Shown here: one piece after another, positions 28,340 through 38,856 of the stretch
How positions within the stretch are numbered: position 1 is the first letter of the stretch
How the letters are laid out: each line of letters opens with the position of its first letter
From: Patescibacteria group bacterium
GTDB taxonomy: Bacteria; Patescibacteriota; Minisyncoccia; Phycocordibacterales; UBA12079
NCBI GenBank assembly: GCA_018817595.1
Contig: JAHITU010000007.1
Span: 8,775 to 72,774 of the forward strand
Length of the DNA stretch: 64,000 bases
Direction: 5' to 3'
Notes under the pieces: generated by a model
Told to the model about the DNA's origin: nothing
The model's input: only the letters and a program-made list of their open reading frames with translations
Databases searched by the model: none
Made by a program: the position numbers and the translations under genes

Positions 28340-28633
28340 TTATTCTTTTAAATTTAAAATTTTTTCAAAAGAAAGTAAAAAGTGTATACCTTTTTTTGTA
28401 ATTATATGCTCCACAGCAAGTCCATTATATCTTTTATATATAAGACCAACTTTTTCTAATCTTTGAATATGAACAGCTCCTGTTGAGTAATTTATTTTTA
28501 AAATATTTAGAATTTCTTCGACATTTAATTTAGGTTTTTGATTAATAAGAATTAAAATTCTTATTCTTGTTTTGTTGGCAGTAGCTTTTGAAAATAACTC
28601 CAATAATTTTATTTGTTTCCCTGTGAAATTCAT
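28340..28633 (-). CDS. ArsR/SmtB-family winged-HTH transcriptional regulator (paralog 2)
   Basis: 97 aa, paralog of the 2599-2892 product. Divergent from the P-type ATPase gene. Confidence 0.7.
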   Translation of the reverse strand: MNFTGKQIKLLELFSKATANKTRIRILILINQKPKLNVEEILNILKINYSTGAVHIQRLEKVGLIYKRYNGLAVEHIITKKGIHFLLSFEKILNLKE

Positions 28634-28661
28634 ATTTTATTGTAAATTAATTTGTAATAAA

Positions 28662-28709
28662 AATATTAACAATTATGTTATTATGCATAATAACATAATA
28701 GTTAATATT
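28662..28709. promoter_or_regulatory. 48-bp near-perfect palindrome in the divergent ArsR/P-type ATPase intergenic region; putative operator
   Basis: AATATTAAC-A-ATTATGTTATTATGCATAATAACATAAT-A-GTTAATATT with one central-arm mismatch. Confidence 0.5.
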
Positions 28710-28797
28710 ATAAAAACTTTTAAACAACTTCCACAGAAACATTTTGAGATATATGTTAAAATTATATTAATTTAACAAATCAACTATTATTTGAAGT

Positions 28798-31416
28798 ATG
28801 ATAAATTCACAACAAATTTGGTATGGTCTTAATCAAAAGGATTTAGAAGAAAAACTAGATTCTGATATGGATAATGGATTATCAAATGAGCAGGTTTTTG
28901 AAAACCGCAGGAAATACGGTAAGAATGTTTTGTCCAAAAAAACTGAAATAGGTATTTTAAGAAAAATATTTAACAGTTTAAAAAGTCCTCTTAATCTTAT
29001 TTTAATAATTGCGGGGGCCACAGCTTTCTTTTTAGGTTCTACTGTGGATGCCTCTGTTGTATTTTTTGCTGTAATTATAAATGTGGTTGTAGGAATAATA
29101 CAGGAAGACAAGGCGGATAAAGCTTTTGAAAAATTAAATGTAGCTCAACATAAAAGTGCTACTGTAATCAGAGAAGGAAAACAAAAAGTTATTTCTGCCA
29201 AAGATTTAGTTCTTGGAGATTTAGTTATTCTCAGGGCTGGAATGTATATTCCCGCTGATATCCGTTTAATAGAAGATAAAGATCTCTTAGCTAACGAATC
29301 AGTTTTGACTGGAGAATGGATGGGTGTTATCAAAAAATCAGATATTTTAGAAGACAAGGATTTACCTTTAACTAGTCAAACTAATATGTTGTGGATGGGA
29401 ACTGTAGTTTCTGCTGGTTACGGAAAAGGTTTGGTTGTTAAAATTGGTAAAGATACTGAATTGGGGAAAATTTCAAAATCACTTTCTGATTATGAAAGGA
29501 TTACGCCGATGAAAAGAAAAATGGATAGACTGGTTCGCTTTTTGATGATAACTGTTTTGTCTGCTACGGCTGTGATTTTTATCCTAGGGGTTGCTAAAGG
29601 GGAGTCTTATGTTGATATGCTTCTTATTGCTATCGCTGTTGCAATTGCAGTTATACCTGAAGGTTTACCTATTGCTACCACTTCTGTTTTAGCAGTAGGA
29701 ATGAAAGAAATATTAAAAAAAGGAGGTTTGGTGAAAAATCTTTTAGCTTCAGAGACACTAGGAAATGTTTCTGTTATTTTAACTGATAAGACTGGAACTA
29801 TTACAGAAGCCAAGATGAAATTAGCTGAGGTTATAACCTTAACAAACTCTAAAGAAGATAATCACGAAGCCTTAAAAAAAGGGGTATTGAGTTCAGATGC
29901 TTTTGTTGAAGTAGGAAGAAAATCAGAAGTCATTGTACAAGGACGCCCCTTAGAGAAAGCCATAGTTTCAGCAGGTTTAGAAGCAGGAATTTCTCAAAGT
30001 GAACTAGAAACAGAAAATAAAAGACTAGATTTATTATTATTTTCTTCAAAAAATGGATATGCAATTTCCTTAAATAAACTTGAGGGAGATAAACGCAGGG
30101 AATACATTGGGGGACGTCCAGAAAGGATTTTAGAAAAGTCTAAATATATTTTTGAAAATGGAAATAAAAGAGAAATCACTGAAAAAGATAAAAAGTATTT
30201 TTTACAAATTTTAACTGAAAAAACTGATTTAGGTATGAGATTAACAGCTCAAGCTTATAGAGATGTCAAAAAAGATAAAATACTTGATGAATCTCTAGAA
30301 AATTTAGTCTTTGTGGCTTTATTTGCTTTTGATGATCCTGTTAGAAAAGGGGTAAAGGAATCTATTGAAACTACTAAAAAGTTAGGAGTGAGAACTATTA
30401 TGTTAACAGGGGATTATGCAGGAACTGCTAGAAATATTGCTGAGGAAGTTGGTATTATAGAAAAGGGAGGAAGGGTATTAAGAGGAGAGGATATTGATAA
30501 AATGAATGATGAAGAATTAGAAGAAGTATTAAAAGAAGTAAATGCTTTTGCTCGAATGGATCCTAGTCAAAAATTGCGAATTTCTAAGAAATTAAAAGCT
30601 ATGGGAGAAATCATTGCTATGACTGGGGACGGAATAAATGATGCTCCTGCTCTAAGAAATGCTGATGTGGGTATGGCCGTGGAATCAGGCACAGAAGTAG
30701 CTAAGGAATCGGCTGATTTGATTCTCTTAGATAATTCTTTTTCGGTTATAGTCTTTGCAGTAGAGGAAGGTAGAAGAATTATTGATAATTTGAAAAAAAT
30801 TACTGCTTATCTTTTATCCACTTCTTTTTCAGAAGTTTTCATTGTAGCCGGTTCTTTGTTTTTTGGTTTACCTTTACCTATTTTAGCTTCTCAAATTTTG
30901 TGGATAAATATTATTGAAGAAGGTTTTATGAATTTTGCCTTTGTCTTTGAACCAAAAGAGGTTTATTTAAAAAGTAAAAAAGACAGAACTCATAATGTTG
31001 AAATCTTAACCCCTCGTTTGAGAAATATGATAACAATGATTGCAGTGATTACAGGTTCATTTTTGATAGTTTTCTATTATATTTTGATAAAATTAGAATT
31101 ACCTATGGATGAAATTCGCACTATTATGTTTGTAGCTCTTTCTATTGATTCTTTGTTTTTTGCCCTTTCTCTTAAATCATTACATAAGCCTATTTGGAAG
31201 ATAAATATTTTTTCAAATAAATATTTGATAATTTCTTGGGTTTTGAGCTTGTCTCTTATTTTAGCAGGTATCTATGTGCCTTTCTTGCAATTTATTTTGC
31301 ATACAGTCCCATTAAATATTTTTGACTTTTGGATTATGATTTTACTCGGAATTTTCAACCTAGCATTAATTGAAGGAGCTAAATATATATTTTTTGAGAA
31401 AGGAAATAACTCATAA
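28798..31416 (+). CDS. P-type cation-transporting ATPase (P2-type, Ca2+/Mg2+-like)
   Basis: Phosphorylation site DKTGTITE, hinge MTGDGINDAPAL, N-terminal cation-ATPase domain, 10 TM helices. Confidence 0.85.
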   Translation: MINSQQIWYGLNQKDLEEKLDSDMDNGLSNEQVFENRRKYGKNVLSKKTEIGILRKIFNSLKSPLNLILIIAGATAFFLGSTVDASVVFFAVIINVVVGIIQEDKADKAFEKLNVAQHKSATVIREGKQKVISAKDLVLGDLVILRAGMYIPADIRLIEDKDLLANESVLTGEWMGVIKKSDILEDKDLPLTSQTNMLWMGTVVSAGYGKGLVVKIGKDTELGKISKSLSDYERITPMKRKMDRLVRFLMITVLSATAVIFILGVAKGESYVDMLLIAIAVAIAVIPEGLPIATTSVLAVGMKEILKKGGLVKNLLASETLGNVSVILTDKTGTITEAKMKLAEVITLTNSKEDNHEALKKGVLSSDAFVEVGRKSEVIVQGRPLEKAIVSAGLEAGISQSELETENKRLDLLLFSSKNGYAISLNKLEGDKRREYIGGRPERILEKSKYIFENGNKREITEKDKKYFLQILTEKTDLGMRLTAQAYRDVKKDKILDESLENLVFVALFAFDDPVRKGVKESIETTKKLGVRTIMLTGDYAGTARNIAEEVGIIEKGGRVLRGEDIDKMNDEELEEVLKEVNAFARMDPSQKLRISKKLKAMGEIIAMTGDGINDAPALRNADVGMAVESGTEVAKESADLILLDNSFSVIVFAVEEGRRIIDNLKKITAYLLSTSFSEVFIVAGSLFFGLPLPILASQILWINIIEEGFMNFAFVFEPKEVYLKSKKDRTHNVEILTPRLRNMITMIAVITGSFLIVFYYILIKLELPMDEIRTIMFVALSIDSLFFALSLKSLHKPIWKINIFSNKYLIISWVLSLSLILAGIYVPFLQFILHTVPLNIFDFWIMILLGIFNLALIEGAKYIFFEKGNNS

Positions 31417-31497
31417 AAATTTAAAAGAGCATTTAACCTATTGGTTAAATGCTCTTTTGCAAATATATTTTTTTCAACATCAGCTCAGCTCCGCAAT

Positions 31498-32478
31498 TTA
31501 GTCTTTATCTTCAGGTTTCCAACCGTCCATTTCTTGGATCCTTTCGGTTTGTGCCTTTAAGGATTTCAAAGCTTCTTCCATCGTAGTCATCAATTCTGTG
31601 AATGTCGTTTTTTGGCTATGAAGAGATTCAGCTGTTTCGTTCTCAATAAATTTGATTTCAGTACCAAGACTTTTACAGATACGAATGACAGCTCTCATGG
31701 TTTGTTCTGTCGATGAAAGTTGTCTTTTCTGACCGCCTCTTCTAGAACGTCTTTTAATTCCGTGTTTTTCAGCAGCGGCTGTGAAAATTCTATTTAGAAA
31801 ATTTGGATGAAGCTTAATTGTTTCAGCCTTTTTTCCTAATTCCTCGGCTTTATCTTTACGGACTTCTAACCACAGATCATACATCATATCTTGATGATTT
31901 TCTTTAAAAGCAGCAATCATTAGAGCGATTCCATTATCAAGTTCCTCTGTTATAACCTTTTTTCTTAGAGATTCTTTTAGACGTAAAAGTTTAAGAGTAT
32001 TGCTTACAAACCCTTGGCTAAAACCAGAAACTTCTGCTACTTCGGATTGGTTTAAATTATAATCTTTCATTAATTGTTCAAAACCAATTGCAATTTCCAT
32101 TAAGGACATATCTGTCCTTTGTGTATTTGCTATAAAGCTTCTTTTATATACTTCTTTGTCTTCCATTTGGGGTTTGATAAGGCAAGAAATTTTAGTAAAG
32201 TTGTTTATCTTTGCTCCTCTAAAACGACATTCTCCATCAATAATCAGAACAAAACCATCACGTACGGTTACATTAATAGGAATTTCAACATCCCCTGCAT
32301 CCTTCATAGAATTTGCTTTCTTTTGCAGTTCACTTAACTTGAATTCTTTTCGGGGTTGCTCAGAGTTCCTTTTAATTAACCGAATTGGTATTTCAACAAC
32401 CATCCCTGGTTTGAGAGAATCTAAAAATTTCTGATCTTCTCTTCTCTGTTTTTCTGTATTTATTGCCACGACATTCAT
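31498..32478 (-). CDS. ParB/Spo0J-like nuclease-domain + HTH protein (no adjacent ParA)
   Basis: ParB N-domain (IRLIKRNSEQPRK ... DGECRFRGA) and HTH (SQSEVAEVSGFSQGFVSN). Start set at the internal Met with a GGAG RBS. Confidence 0.7.
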   Translation of the reverse strand: MNVVAINTEKQRREDQKFLDSLKPGMVVEIPIRLIKRNSEQPRKEFKLSELQKKANSMKDAGDVEIPINVTVRDGFVLIIDGECRFRGAKINNFTKISCLIKPQMEDKEVYKRSFIANTQRTDMSLMEIAIGFEQLMKDYNLNQSEVAEVSGFSQGFVSNTLKLLRLKESLRKKVITEELDNGIALMIAAFKENHQDMMYDLWLEVRKDKAEELGKKAETIKLHPNFLNRIFTAAAEKHGIKRRSRRGGQKRQLSSTEQTMRAVIRICKSLGTEIKFIENETAESLHSQKTTFTELMTTMEEALKSLKAQTERIQEMDGWKPEDKD

Positions 32479-32611
32479 TTTTATCTCCTTTAAATTCGTT
32501 AAAAATATATTTATCAAAATTACTTCCAAAAGTAATTATTACTCACTTTCTACCTTAGATAATAGTTTAAATATTTTTATTGTCAATTAATTTTTATGGT
32601 ATAATGGTTTT

Positions 32612-33721
32612 ATGAATACAACACTTATATATGTTTTTATTATTGTCTTTTTAGTTTTAGTAAACGGAGTTTTCCTGTGGTTTATTTATAATCTTGTAAA
32701 AAAAGGACAGGAAGATAAAAATGAAGGGCAAAACGAAAATGCTTTTTCGCTTTTACAAAACCAAATGAACGAATTGAATAAAACTCTTGATTCAAAGATA
32801 GGGGAGTCTTCAAAATTGATGAGCGAATCAGTTAAAACTCAGTTTGGGGAATCTCAAAGATTGATGAATGACATAGCAAATAATTCACAAAAAATTATCA
32901 AAGATGTAACCGAGAAAATGACAGAAATTAAAGAAACCAATAAACAAGTTTTTGGAATGACTGAACAGCTTCAGAATTTGGAAAAAGTTTTAAAAAATCA
33001 AAAACAAAGAGGAAGTTTAGGGGAAGCTGGTTTAGATTTAATTTTAAGTAATATTCTTCCTCCTACTGCTTATCAAATGCAATATTCTTTTGCAGATGGA
33101 GATATCGTAGACGCCGTAATACACACAAAGGACGGCATTATTCCTGTAGATGCAAAATTTTCTTTAGATAATTATAATCGAGTAGTTAATGAGGATGATG
33201 AAAATAGAAAATTAATTTTAGAAAAAGAATTTACCAATGATTTAAAAAAGAGGATTGATGAGACTTCAAAATATATAAAAATAAAAGAAGGAACTTTGCC
33301 TTTTGCTATTATGTATATTCCAGCCGAAGCTATTTACTATGACTTATTAGTGAATGAGGTAGGTTCTATAAAAATAAATACAAAGTCTCTTATTGAATAC
33401 GCCTATAGAGATAGAAAAGTAATTATCGTTTCCCCTACAACTTTTGTGGCTTATTTAAATACAATTTTGCAAGGGTTCAAGGCTTTTAAAGTTGAAGAAT
33501 CAGCTAAAGAAATAATTAAAAATGTAGAAAAATTACAGGCTCATATTAAAGCTTACGATTCTTACCATACAAAATTAGGAGCTTCCTTGGCGACTACAGT
33601 AAATCACTTTAATACTTCTCGTAAAGAATTAGGAAAGATAGATAAAGATGTTTATAGAATTACAGGGGATTCTGCTGAAATTGAGCCTTTATTGATAGAA
33701 AAGCCTGATAAGGAAGAGTAA
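32612..33721 (+). CDS. rmuC: DNA recombination protein RmuC
   Basis: N-terminal TM, coiled-coil, C-terminal RmuC nuclease-like domain. Confidence 0.8.
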   Translation: MNTTLIYVFIIVFLVLVNGVFLWFIYNLVKKGQEDKNEGQNENAFSLLQNQMNELNKTLDSKIGESSKLMSESVKTQFGESQRLMNDIANNSQKIIKDVTEKMTEIKETNKQVFGMTEQLQNLEKVLKNQKQRGSLGEAGLDLILSNILPPTAYQMQYSFADGDIVDAVIHTKDGIIPVDAKFSLDNYNRVVNEDDENRKLILEKEFTNDLKKRIDETSKYIKIKEGTLPFAIMYIPAEAIYYDLLVNEVGSIKINTKSLIEYAYRDRKVIIVSPTTFVAYLNTILQGFKAFKVEESAKEIIKNVEKLQAHIKAYDSYHTKLGASLATTVNHFNTSRKELGKIDKDVYRITGDSAEIEPLLIEKPDKEE

Positions 33722-33825
33722 AACGCGGACTAAATGCGGATTAAACGCAAAATTAATACAGAAAAGATTTAAATAAAAACCACCCCTTGTCATTGTAAGT
33801 AATACAACGACAAGGGGTTTTTGGT

Positions 33826-34185
33826 TTAGGCAGCTACGGGAACTTTCACTTTTTCATTTTCTTTGGCTGGTTTCCCACAGCCCAGAAGATAGGAAAAAGA
33901 AGAGTAGTTTTCCCAAAGGATTGATTTTCCTTCTCTGGCCTCTTCAATCAAGTTTGAAATAACAAACTCAACTGTTTCCAGAGAGATTTTGGAAAAGTTT
34001 GCTTCTGTGATTCTTACCAGATCGGCAGTTCCACCAAATTGAACTAATACTAATTCAGAAGCTCTTTTGTTGGAATAGACTCCCAACAAAAACGGTAATT
34101 TCGTCAATCCGATCTTGACGAAATCTGTCTTTGCTTTTTTCCAGAAGTCTTTCTCTTCCTTTACTGTCATTTTTGTGAATTTCAT
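33826..34185 (-). CDS. hypothetical protein
   Basis: 119-aa ORF with an RBS. No family recognised. Confidence 0.45.
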   Translation of the reverse strand: MKFTKMTVKEEKDFWKKAKTDFVKIGLTKLPFLLGVYSNKRASELVLVQFGGTADLVRITEANFSKISLETVEFVISNLIEEAREGKSILWENYSSFSYLLGCGKPAKENEKVKVPVAA

Positions 34186-34422
34186 CTTTCACCTCCTAGT
34201 TTAAGTTACAATTTTTTACTGTTAAAATTATACAATAGCAATTATAAATATGCAAGTTTTTTAAATTTGACTAAATCTACCATAAGAATATAATTAAACA
34301 AAGGTTTTATTATTAATAATAAATAGAATATAAAGTATGGAAAGTGAAAAAAATATAAAAATTGAAAAATAATTTTTATCTTTATGGACTTTCGACTTTA
34401 TAGACTTTTGACTAATATACAT

Positions 34423-34743
34423 ATGGATAAAAAAATAAAAGAAAATAAAATAATTCCTTTAGCTGATAGAGTTTTAATTCGTCCTCTTACAGAAAAGGAA
34501 ATGGAGAAAAAAAGTAATTTTGGTATTATAATCCCAGATACTATTGATAAAGAAAAAACTCGTGATCAAGGAGTAGTCGTAGCCGTAGGAGAAGGTAAAT
34601 ATAGTGATGGAAAATTAATCAAAATGAATGTAAAAATAGGAGACAAGGTTCTATTTTCAAAATATGCCTATGATGAAGTAAAAATAAACGAAGAAGATTT
34701 TTTTATATTAAAAGAAGAAAACATCTTAGCGATTATAAATTAG
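34423..34743 (+). CDS. groES: co-chaperonin GroES
   Basis: IPLADRVLIRPL...GEGKYSDGKL motif. Start set at MDKKIKE. Confidence 0.9.
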   Translation: MDKKIKENKIIPLADRVLIRPLTEKEMEKKSNFGIIIPDTIDKEKTRDQGVVVAVGEGKYSDGKLIKMNVKIGDKVLFSKYAYDEVKINEEDFFILKEENILAIIN

Positions 34744-34898
34744 AAAGTTGAAATTTGAGGTCCGATCTCTGAATTAAAATAATAATGATCTTTAGTAATT
34801 TGCTTGGTTTTACCAGTGCTGAGATCGTACCTCTAAATTATTTTAATGAAGCAACCCAGAAAAAATTATAAGCTAAAAAATAACTAAACTATAACTAT

Positions 34899-36542
34899 AT
34901 GAGTAAAATAATTAAATTTAATTCAGAAGCTCGTGAGGCTTTAAAAGCGGGAATTGACAAAGTAGCTGATGCCGTAAAAACTACTATTGGACCAAGAGGT
35001 AAAAATGTTGTTTTAGAAAGAAGTTATGGCGCTCCTACAATTACTAATGACGGAGTAACCATTGCTAAAGACATTGTTTTAAAAGACAAGTTCGAAAACA
35101 TGGGGGCTGATATTCTTAAAGAAGTAGCTTCAAAGACTAACGATTTGGCAGGTGACGGAACAACTACTTCTATGGTTATTGCTCAAGCCATAATTGAAGA
35201 AGGAATGAAAAAAACAACCATGGGTGTAAATGCTATGGGTATTAAAGCTGGAATTGAAAAAGCAACAGAGGAAGTTGTTAAGGAATTAAAGTTAATGGCA
35301 AAGCCTATAAATAATAAAAAAGAAATTCAACAAGTAGCAACTATTTCGGCTGAGTCAGAAGAAATTGGAAAAATTATTGCAGATACTATTGAGAAAGTAG
35401 GAAAAGACGGAGTGGTAACAGTAGAAGAATCTCAATCATTTGGAGTTGAATCAGAAGTGGTTAAAGGGATGGAATTCAATAATGGATACATTTCTCCATA
35501 TATGATTACTAACACAGAAAGAATGGAATCAGAATTTAATGATACTCCTATTTTGCTAGTAGACAAAAAGATTTCAACTATTAAAGAAATTTTACCAGTT
35601 TTAGAAAAATTAGCAGAGACAGGAAAAAAAGATTTAGTGATTATTGCAGAGGATGTGGACGGAGAAGCTTTAGCTACTTTTGTAGTGAATAAAATAAGAG
35701 GTGCATTTAATATTTTAGCTATTAAAGCCCCAGGCTTCGGAAATAATAAGAGTGAAATAATGGAGGACATCGCTGTTATGGTTGGTGCCAAAGTTGTTTC
35801 AGAAAAGACTGGAATGAAATTAGAGAATACAGAATTAGATGTTTTAGGTAAAGCTAATAAAGTATTATCTACCAAAGACCGAACAATTATTGTTGATGGA
35901 AAAGGTAAAAAGTCTCAAATAGAAAACAGGGTAGCTTCTTTGAAAGGACAATTTAATTCAACTAAATCAAAATTTGATAAAGAAAAATTACAAGAAAGAA
36001 TTGCAAAATTAACTGGAGGAATTGCTGTTATCAAAGTAGGTGCATCAACCGAAACAGAAATGAAGTATCTAAAATTAAAAATAGAAGATGCCGTTAATGC
36101 TACAAAAGCTGCTATTGAAGAAGGGATTATAATCGGTGGGGGATCAGCTTTGGTAAAGATTGCTCAAAAACTAGAAGGAAAAGTAATCAAATCAACTTTG
36201 AAGAACTTTGAATCAGAATTTAAAGTAGGTTTTGATATTTTAATCAAAGCATTAGAGGCTCCTTTGCGACAAATCGCCATTAATTCAGGAAAAGATGATG
36301 GATCAGTAATTGTGGATAAAGTTAAAAATATAAAAGGGAATGGTGGTTATGATGCATCTAGTGATATGATAATTGATGATATGTTTAAGGCTGGAATTTT
36401 GGACCCTGTAAAAGTAGCACGAAGTGGAATCCAGAATGCAGCTTCCTCAGCTGGAATTCTTTTAACTACAGAAGTGGCTATTGCCGATGAACCAAAAGAC
36501 GAATCAGAATTACAGCATGGACACGGAGGAGGAATGAATTAA
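34899..36542 (+). CDS. groEL: chaperonin GroEL
   Basis: Full-length Hsp60 with the AAVEEGIVPGGG-like motif and a C-terminal GGM tail. Confidence 0.95.
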   Translation: MSKIIKFNSEAREALKAGIDKVADAVKTTIGPRGKNVVLERSYGAPTITNDGVTIAKDIVLKDKFENMGADILKEVASKTNDLAGDGTTTSMVIAQAIIEEGMKKTTMGVNAMGIKAGIEKATEEVVKELKLMAKPINNKKEIQQVATISAESEEIGKIIADTIEKVGKDGVVTVEESQSFGVESEVVKGMEFNNGYISPYMITNTERMESEFNDTPILLVDKKISTIKEILPVLEKLAETGKKDLVIIAEDVDGEALATFVVNKIRGAFNILAIKAPGFGNNKSEIMEDIAVMVGAKVVSEKTGMKLENTELDVLGKANKVLSTKDRTIIVDGKGKKSQIENRVASLKGQFNSTKSKFDKEKLQERIAKLTGGIAVIKVGASTETEMKYLKLKIEDAVNATKAAIEEGIIIGGGSALVKIAQKLEGKVIKSTLKNFESEFKVGFDILIKALEAPLRQIAINSGKDDGSVIVDKVKNIKGNGGYDASSDMIIDDMFKAGILDPVKVARSGIQNAASSAGILLTTEVAIADEPKDESELQHGHGGGMN

Positions 36543-36764
36543 ATGAGTCAAAAGTCCATAAAGTCTGTAAAGTCAAAAGTCACGAATTTTTACTTTGTAA
36601 AAATTTGTCTTTACGAGAAGATAAAATTTAATATTTAAAAAAAAGCTCAATAGAGCCAAAATAAATAGCCCATCCTGTTGGGCTATTTATTTCTTGCCTT
36701 TAAATAATTTTCGGCTATACTCAAAATAGCTGTTTAAATTTTATTTTAAAAAAAGGAGAGAATC

Positions 36765-37181
36765 ATGAAAAGTCTAATGTGGGAGATTTTAACTGAAGGT
36801 AAAGTAGATCTTTTTAAAGATGACTTTTACATTGGCCATGTTCTTCTTGGTGAAATGTTGTTGAAGGACATCTTGGCTTTAGACAAAGAATTAAAGGTGG
36901 ACGCCAGGTGCCATTTAATTGGCTGGCTAAATGAGATGTATTTTCGTGCCCAGCAGGTTTGTGCCAAAGAAGCTCTTGTTGGGAAGTGGATTTCACTTGA
37001 TAAAGCTTTTAAAAAGGAAGAATTAGGTTTTTCACATTCTAACTCGATGCGATTTTTCCCCGTTGCAACCCTCAAGGTTATTCATTCTGATAACCCAGAA
37101 GGTTTTTTGTTAAAAATTATCGATATGGATGGTAAATTTTTATCCATCGATACAAACACAACAATAAAAATCGCTCCATAA
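36765..37181 (+). CDS. hypothetical protein
   Basis: 138-aa ORF, RBS AAAGGAGAG, followed by a terminator hairpin at 37193-37232. Confidence 0.5.
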   Translation: MKSLMWEILTEGKVDLFKDDFYIGHVLLGEMLLKDILALDKELKVDARCHLIGWLNEMYFRAQQVCAKEALVGKWISLDKAFKKEELGFSHSNSMRFFPVATLKVIHSDNPEGFLLKIIDMDGKFLSIDTNTTIKIAP

Positions 37182-37288
37182 GGTTAAGGTCAAACAGGTT
37201 GGTGTATCTATAAGCACCAATCTGTTTTTTATTTTGTTTTACACAGTTTTTAATATATAAAAATCAGATAATAATGTATAATTGGTAA

Positions 37289-38044
37289 ATGTCGGGTAAA
37301 GAAAACTACAATGTAGTCACCGAGGTTTTTTCAGGACCTCTGGATTTACTTTTGCACTTGATTGAAAGCAAAAAAATGCACATTAGTGATATTTCATTGT
37401 CTAAAATAGCCGATGATTATATAAACTATTTGGACAAATTAGAGAAATTTTCTTTAAAATCTTCGGCCGATTTTATTTTAACAGCTTCAGTTTTAATGTT
37501 GATAAAATCAAAATCATTACTTCCAGAGTTAGATTTAACCTCTGAAGAAGAACAATCCATAGAGGAGTTAGAAGACCGATTAAAAGAGTATCAAAAAATA
37601 AAGAAATTAAGTGGAAATATTGAAAATATTTTTGGCAAAAGAATTGTTTTTTCTCGTCAGATAAATAGAAGAAAAGAAATTATATTTTCTCCTGACGAAA
37701 ATATAAAAAAAGAGAATTTGCTGTTTTTAATAAAAGATGTTATAAAACAAGTTCCTAAAAAAATTATATCTCCTAAAGCTGTTGTTGATAAGATAATTTC
37801 TTTAGAAGAAGTAATAGAAAACTTAAGTCAAAGGATACAGACTTCTTTGAAAATGAGTTTCAAAGAATACTCTGGATTAAATTCAAACACAAGTTTTTCT
37901 AGAGAAAAAAAAGTAAATATTGTTGTTAGTTTTCTCGCTATGCTTGAATTAGTTAAACAAGGAGTAATTAATGTTAAACAGGATAGTCAATTTGGGGATA
38001 TTGATATGGATACTCAAAAATTAAATACACCGAATTATATATAA
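37289..38044 (+). CDS. scpA: segregation and condensation protein A
   Basis: FSGPLDLLLHLIESKKMHISDISLSKI kleisin N-terminal signature. Confidence 0.8.
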   Translation: MSGKENYNVVTEVFSGPLDLLLHLIESKKMHISDISLSKIADDYINYLDKLEKFSLKSSADFILTASVLMLIKSKSLLPELDLTSEEEQSIEELEDRLKEYQKIKKLSGNIENIFGKRIVFSRQINRRKEIIFSPDENIKKENLLFLIKDVIKQVPKKIISPKAVVDKIISLEEVIENLSQRIQTSLKMSFKEYSGLNSNTSFSREKKVNIVVSFLAMLELVKQGVINVKQDSQFGDIDMDTQKLNTPNYI

Positions 38045-38188
38045 ACAAGTCAAAAGTCCATAAAGTCAAGAAAGTCCATAAAGTCAAAAAATTTGCAAAT
38101 GAATTTTTCACTTTCGATTTTCGACTTCTGCTGACAAGCAGATCTGACTTTTGAATTTAAGGACTTTACAGACTTTCAACTAATCGTA

Positions 38189-38743
38189 ATGTTAACACTT
38201 GAAGCAAAAATAGAAGCAATTTTATTCTATACAGGGGAACCTGTCTTAAAAACAAAATTGTCTAAAATACTTGAAAAAGATTTGGATGAAATTGAAGAAT
38301 CTTTAAATAGACTAAGAATCCTGTTAGAAGAAAGAGGGGTTGTTTTAATTATGAACGATGATTCAGCTTCCTTAGGGACCTCGCCAGAAGTTTCTGATAT
38401 AATAGAATCAATTAGTAAAGAAGAAATAAACAAAGATTTAGGAAAGGCTTCTCTTGAAACATTATCTATAGTACTATATAAGGGGCCTATTACTAGGGCA
38501 AAAATTGATTATATAAGAGGTGTTAACTCTAATTTTATTTTAAGAAATTTACATATTCGAGGTTTGATAGAAAAAGTTGAAAACCCTAATGATTCAAGAA
38601 GTTATCTTTATAAAGCTTCAATAGACTTACTATCATTTTTAGGACTATCTAGAATTGAAGACTTGCCTGAATATGGTGAAGTTAAAAAAGAAATAGAAAT
38701 TATTAATAACAAAGAGGAAGATGTTTTTCCTGAAAATAATTAA
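38189..38743 (+). CDS. scpB: segregation and condensation protein B
   Basis: EAILFYTGEPV tandem winged-helix ScpB signature. Confidence 0.8.
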   Translation: MLTLEAKIEAILFYTGEPVLKTKLSKILEKDLDEIEESLNRLRILLEERGVVLIMNDDSASLGTSPEVSDIIESISKEEINKDLGKASLETLSIVLYKGPITRAKIDYIRGVNSNFILRNLHIRGLIEKVENPNDSRSYLYKASIDLLSFLGLSRIEDLPEYGEVKKEIEIINNKEEDVFPENN

Positions 38744-38856
38744 TAAATAGCAAGTAGATAGTAGATAATAGTGGGTGGTAAAGTTTTTGCTCTGCAAAAA
38801 ATTATAAAAATCACATTCTACCTTTCACCTTCTATATACTAAATAACTAAATAATC

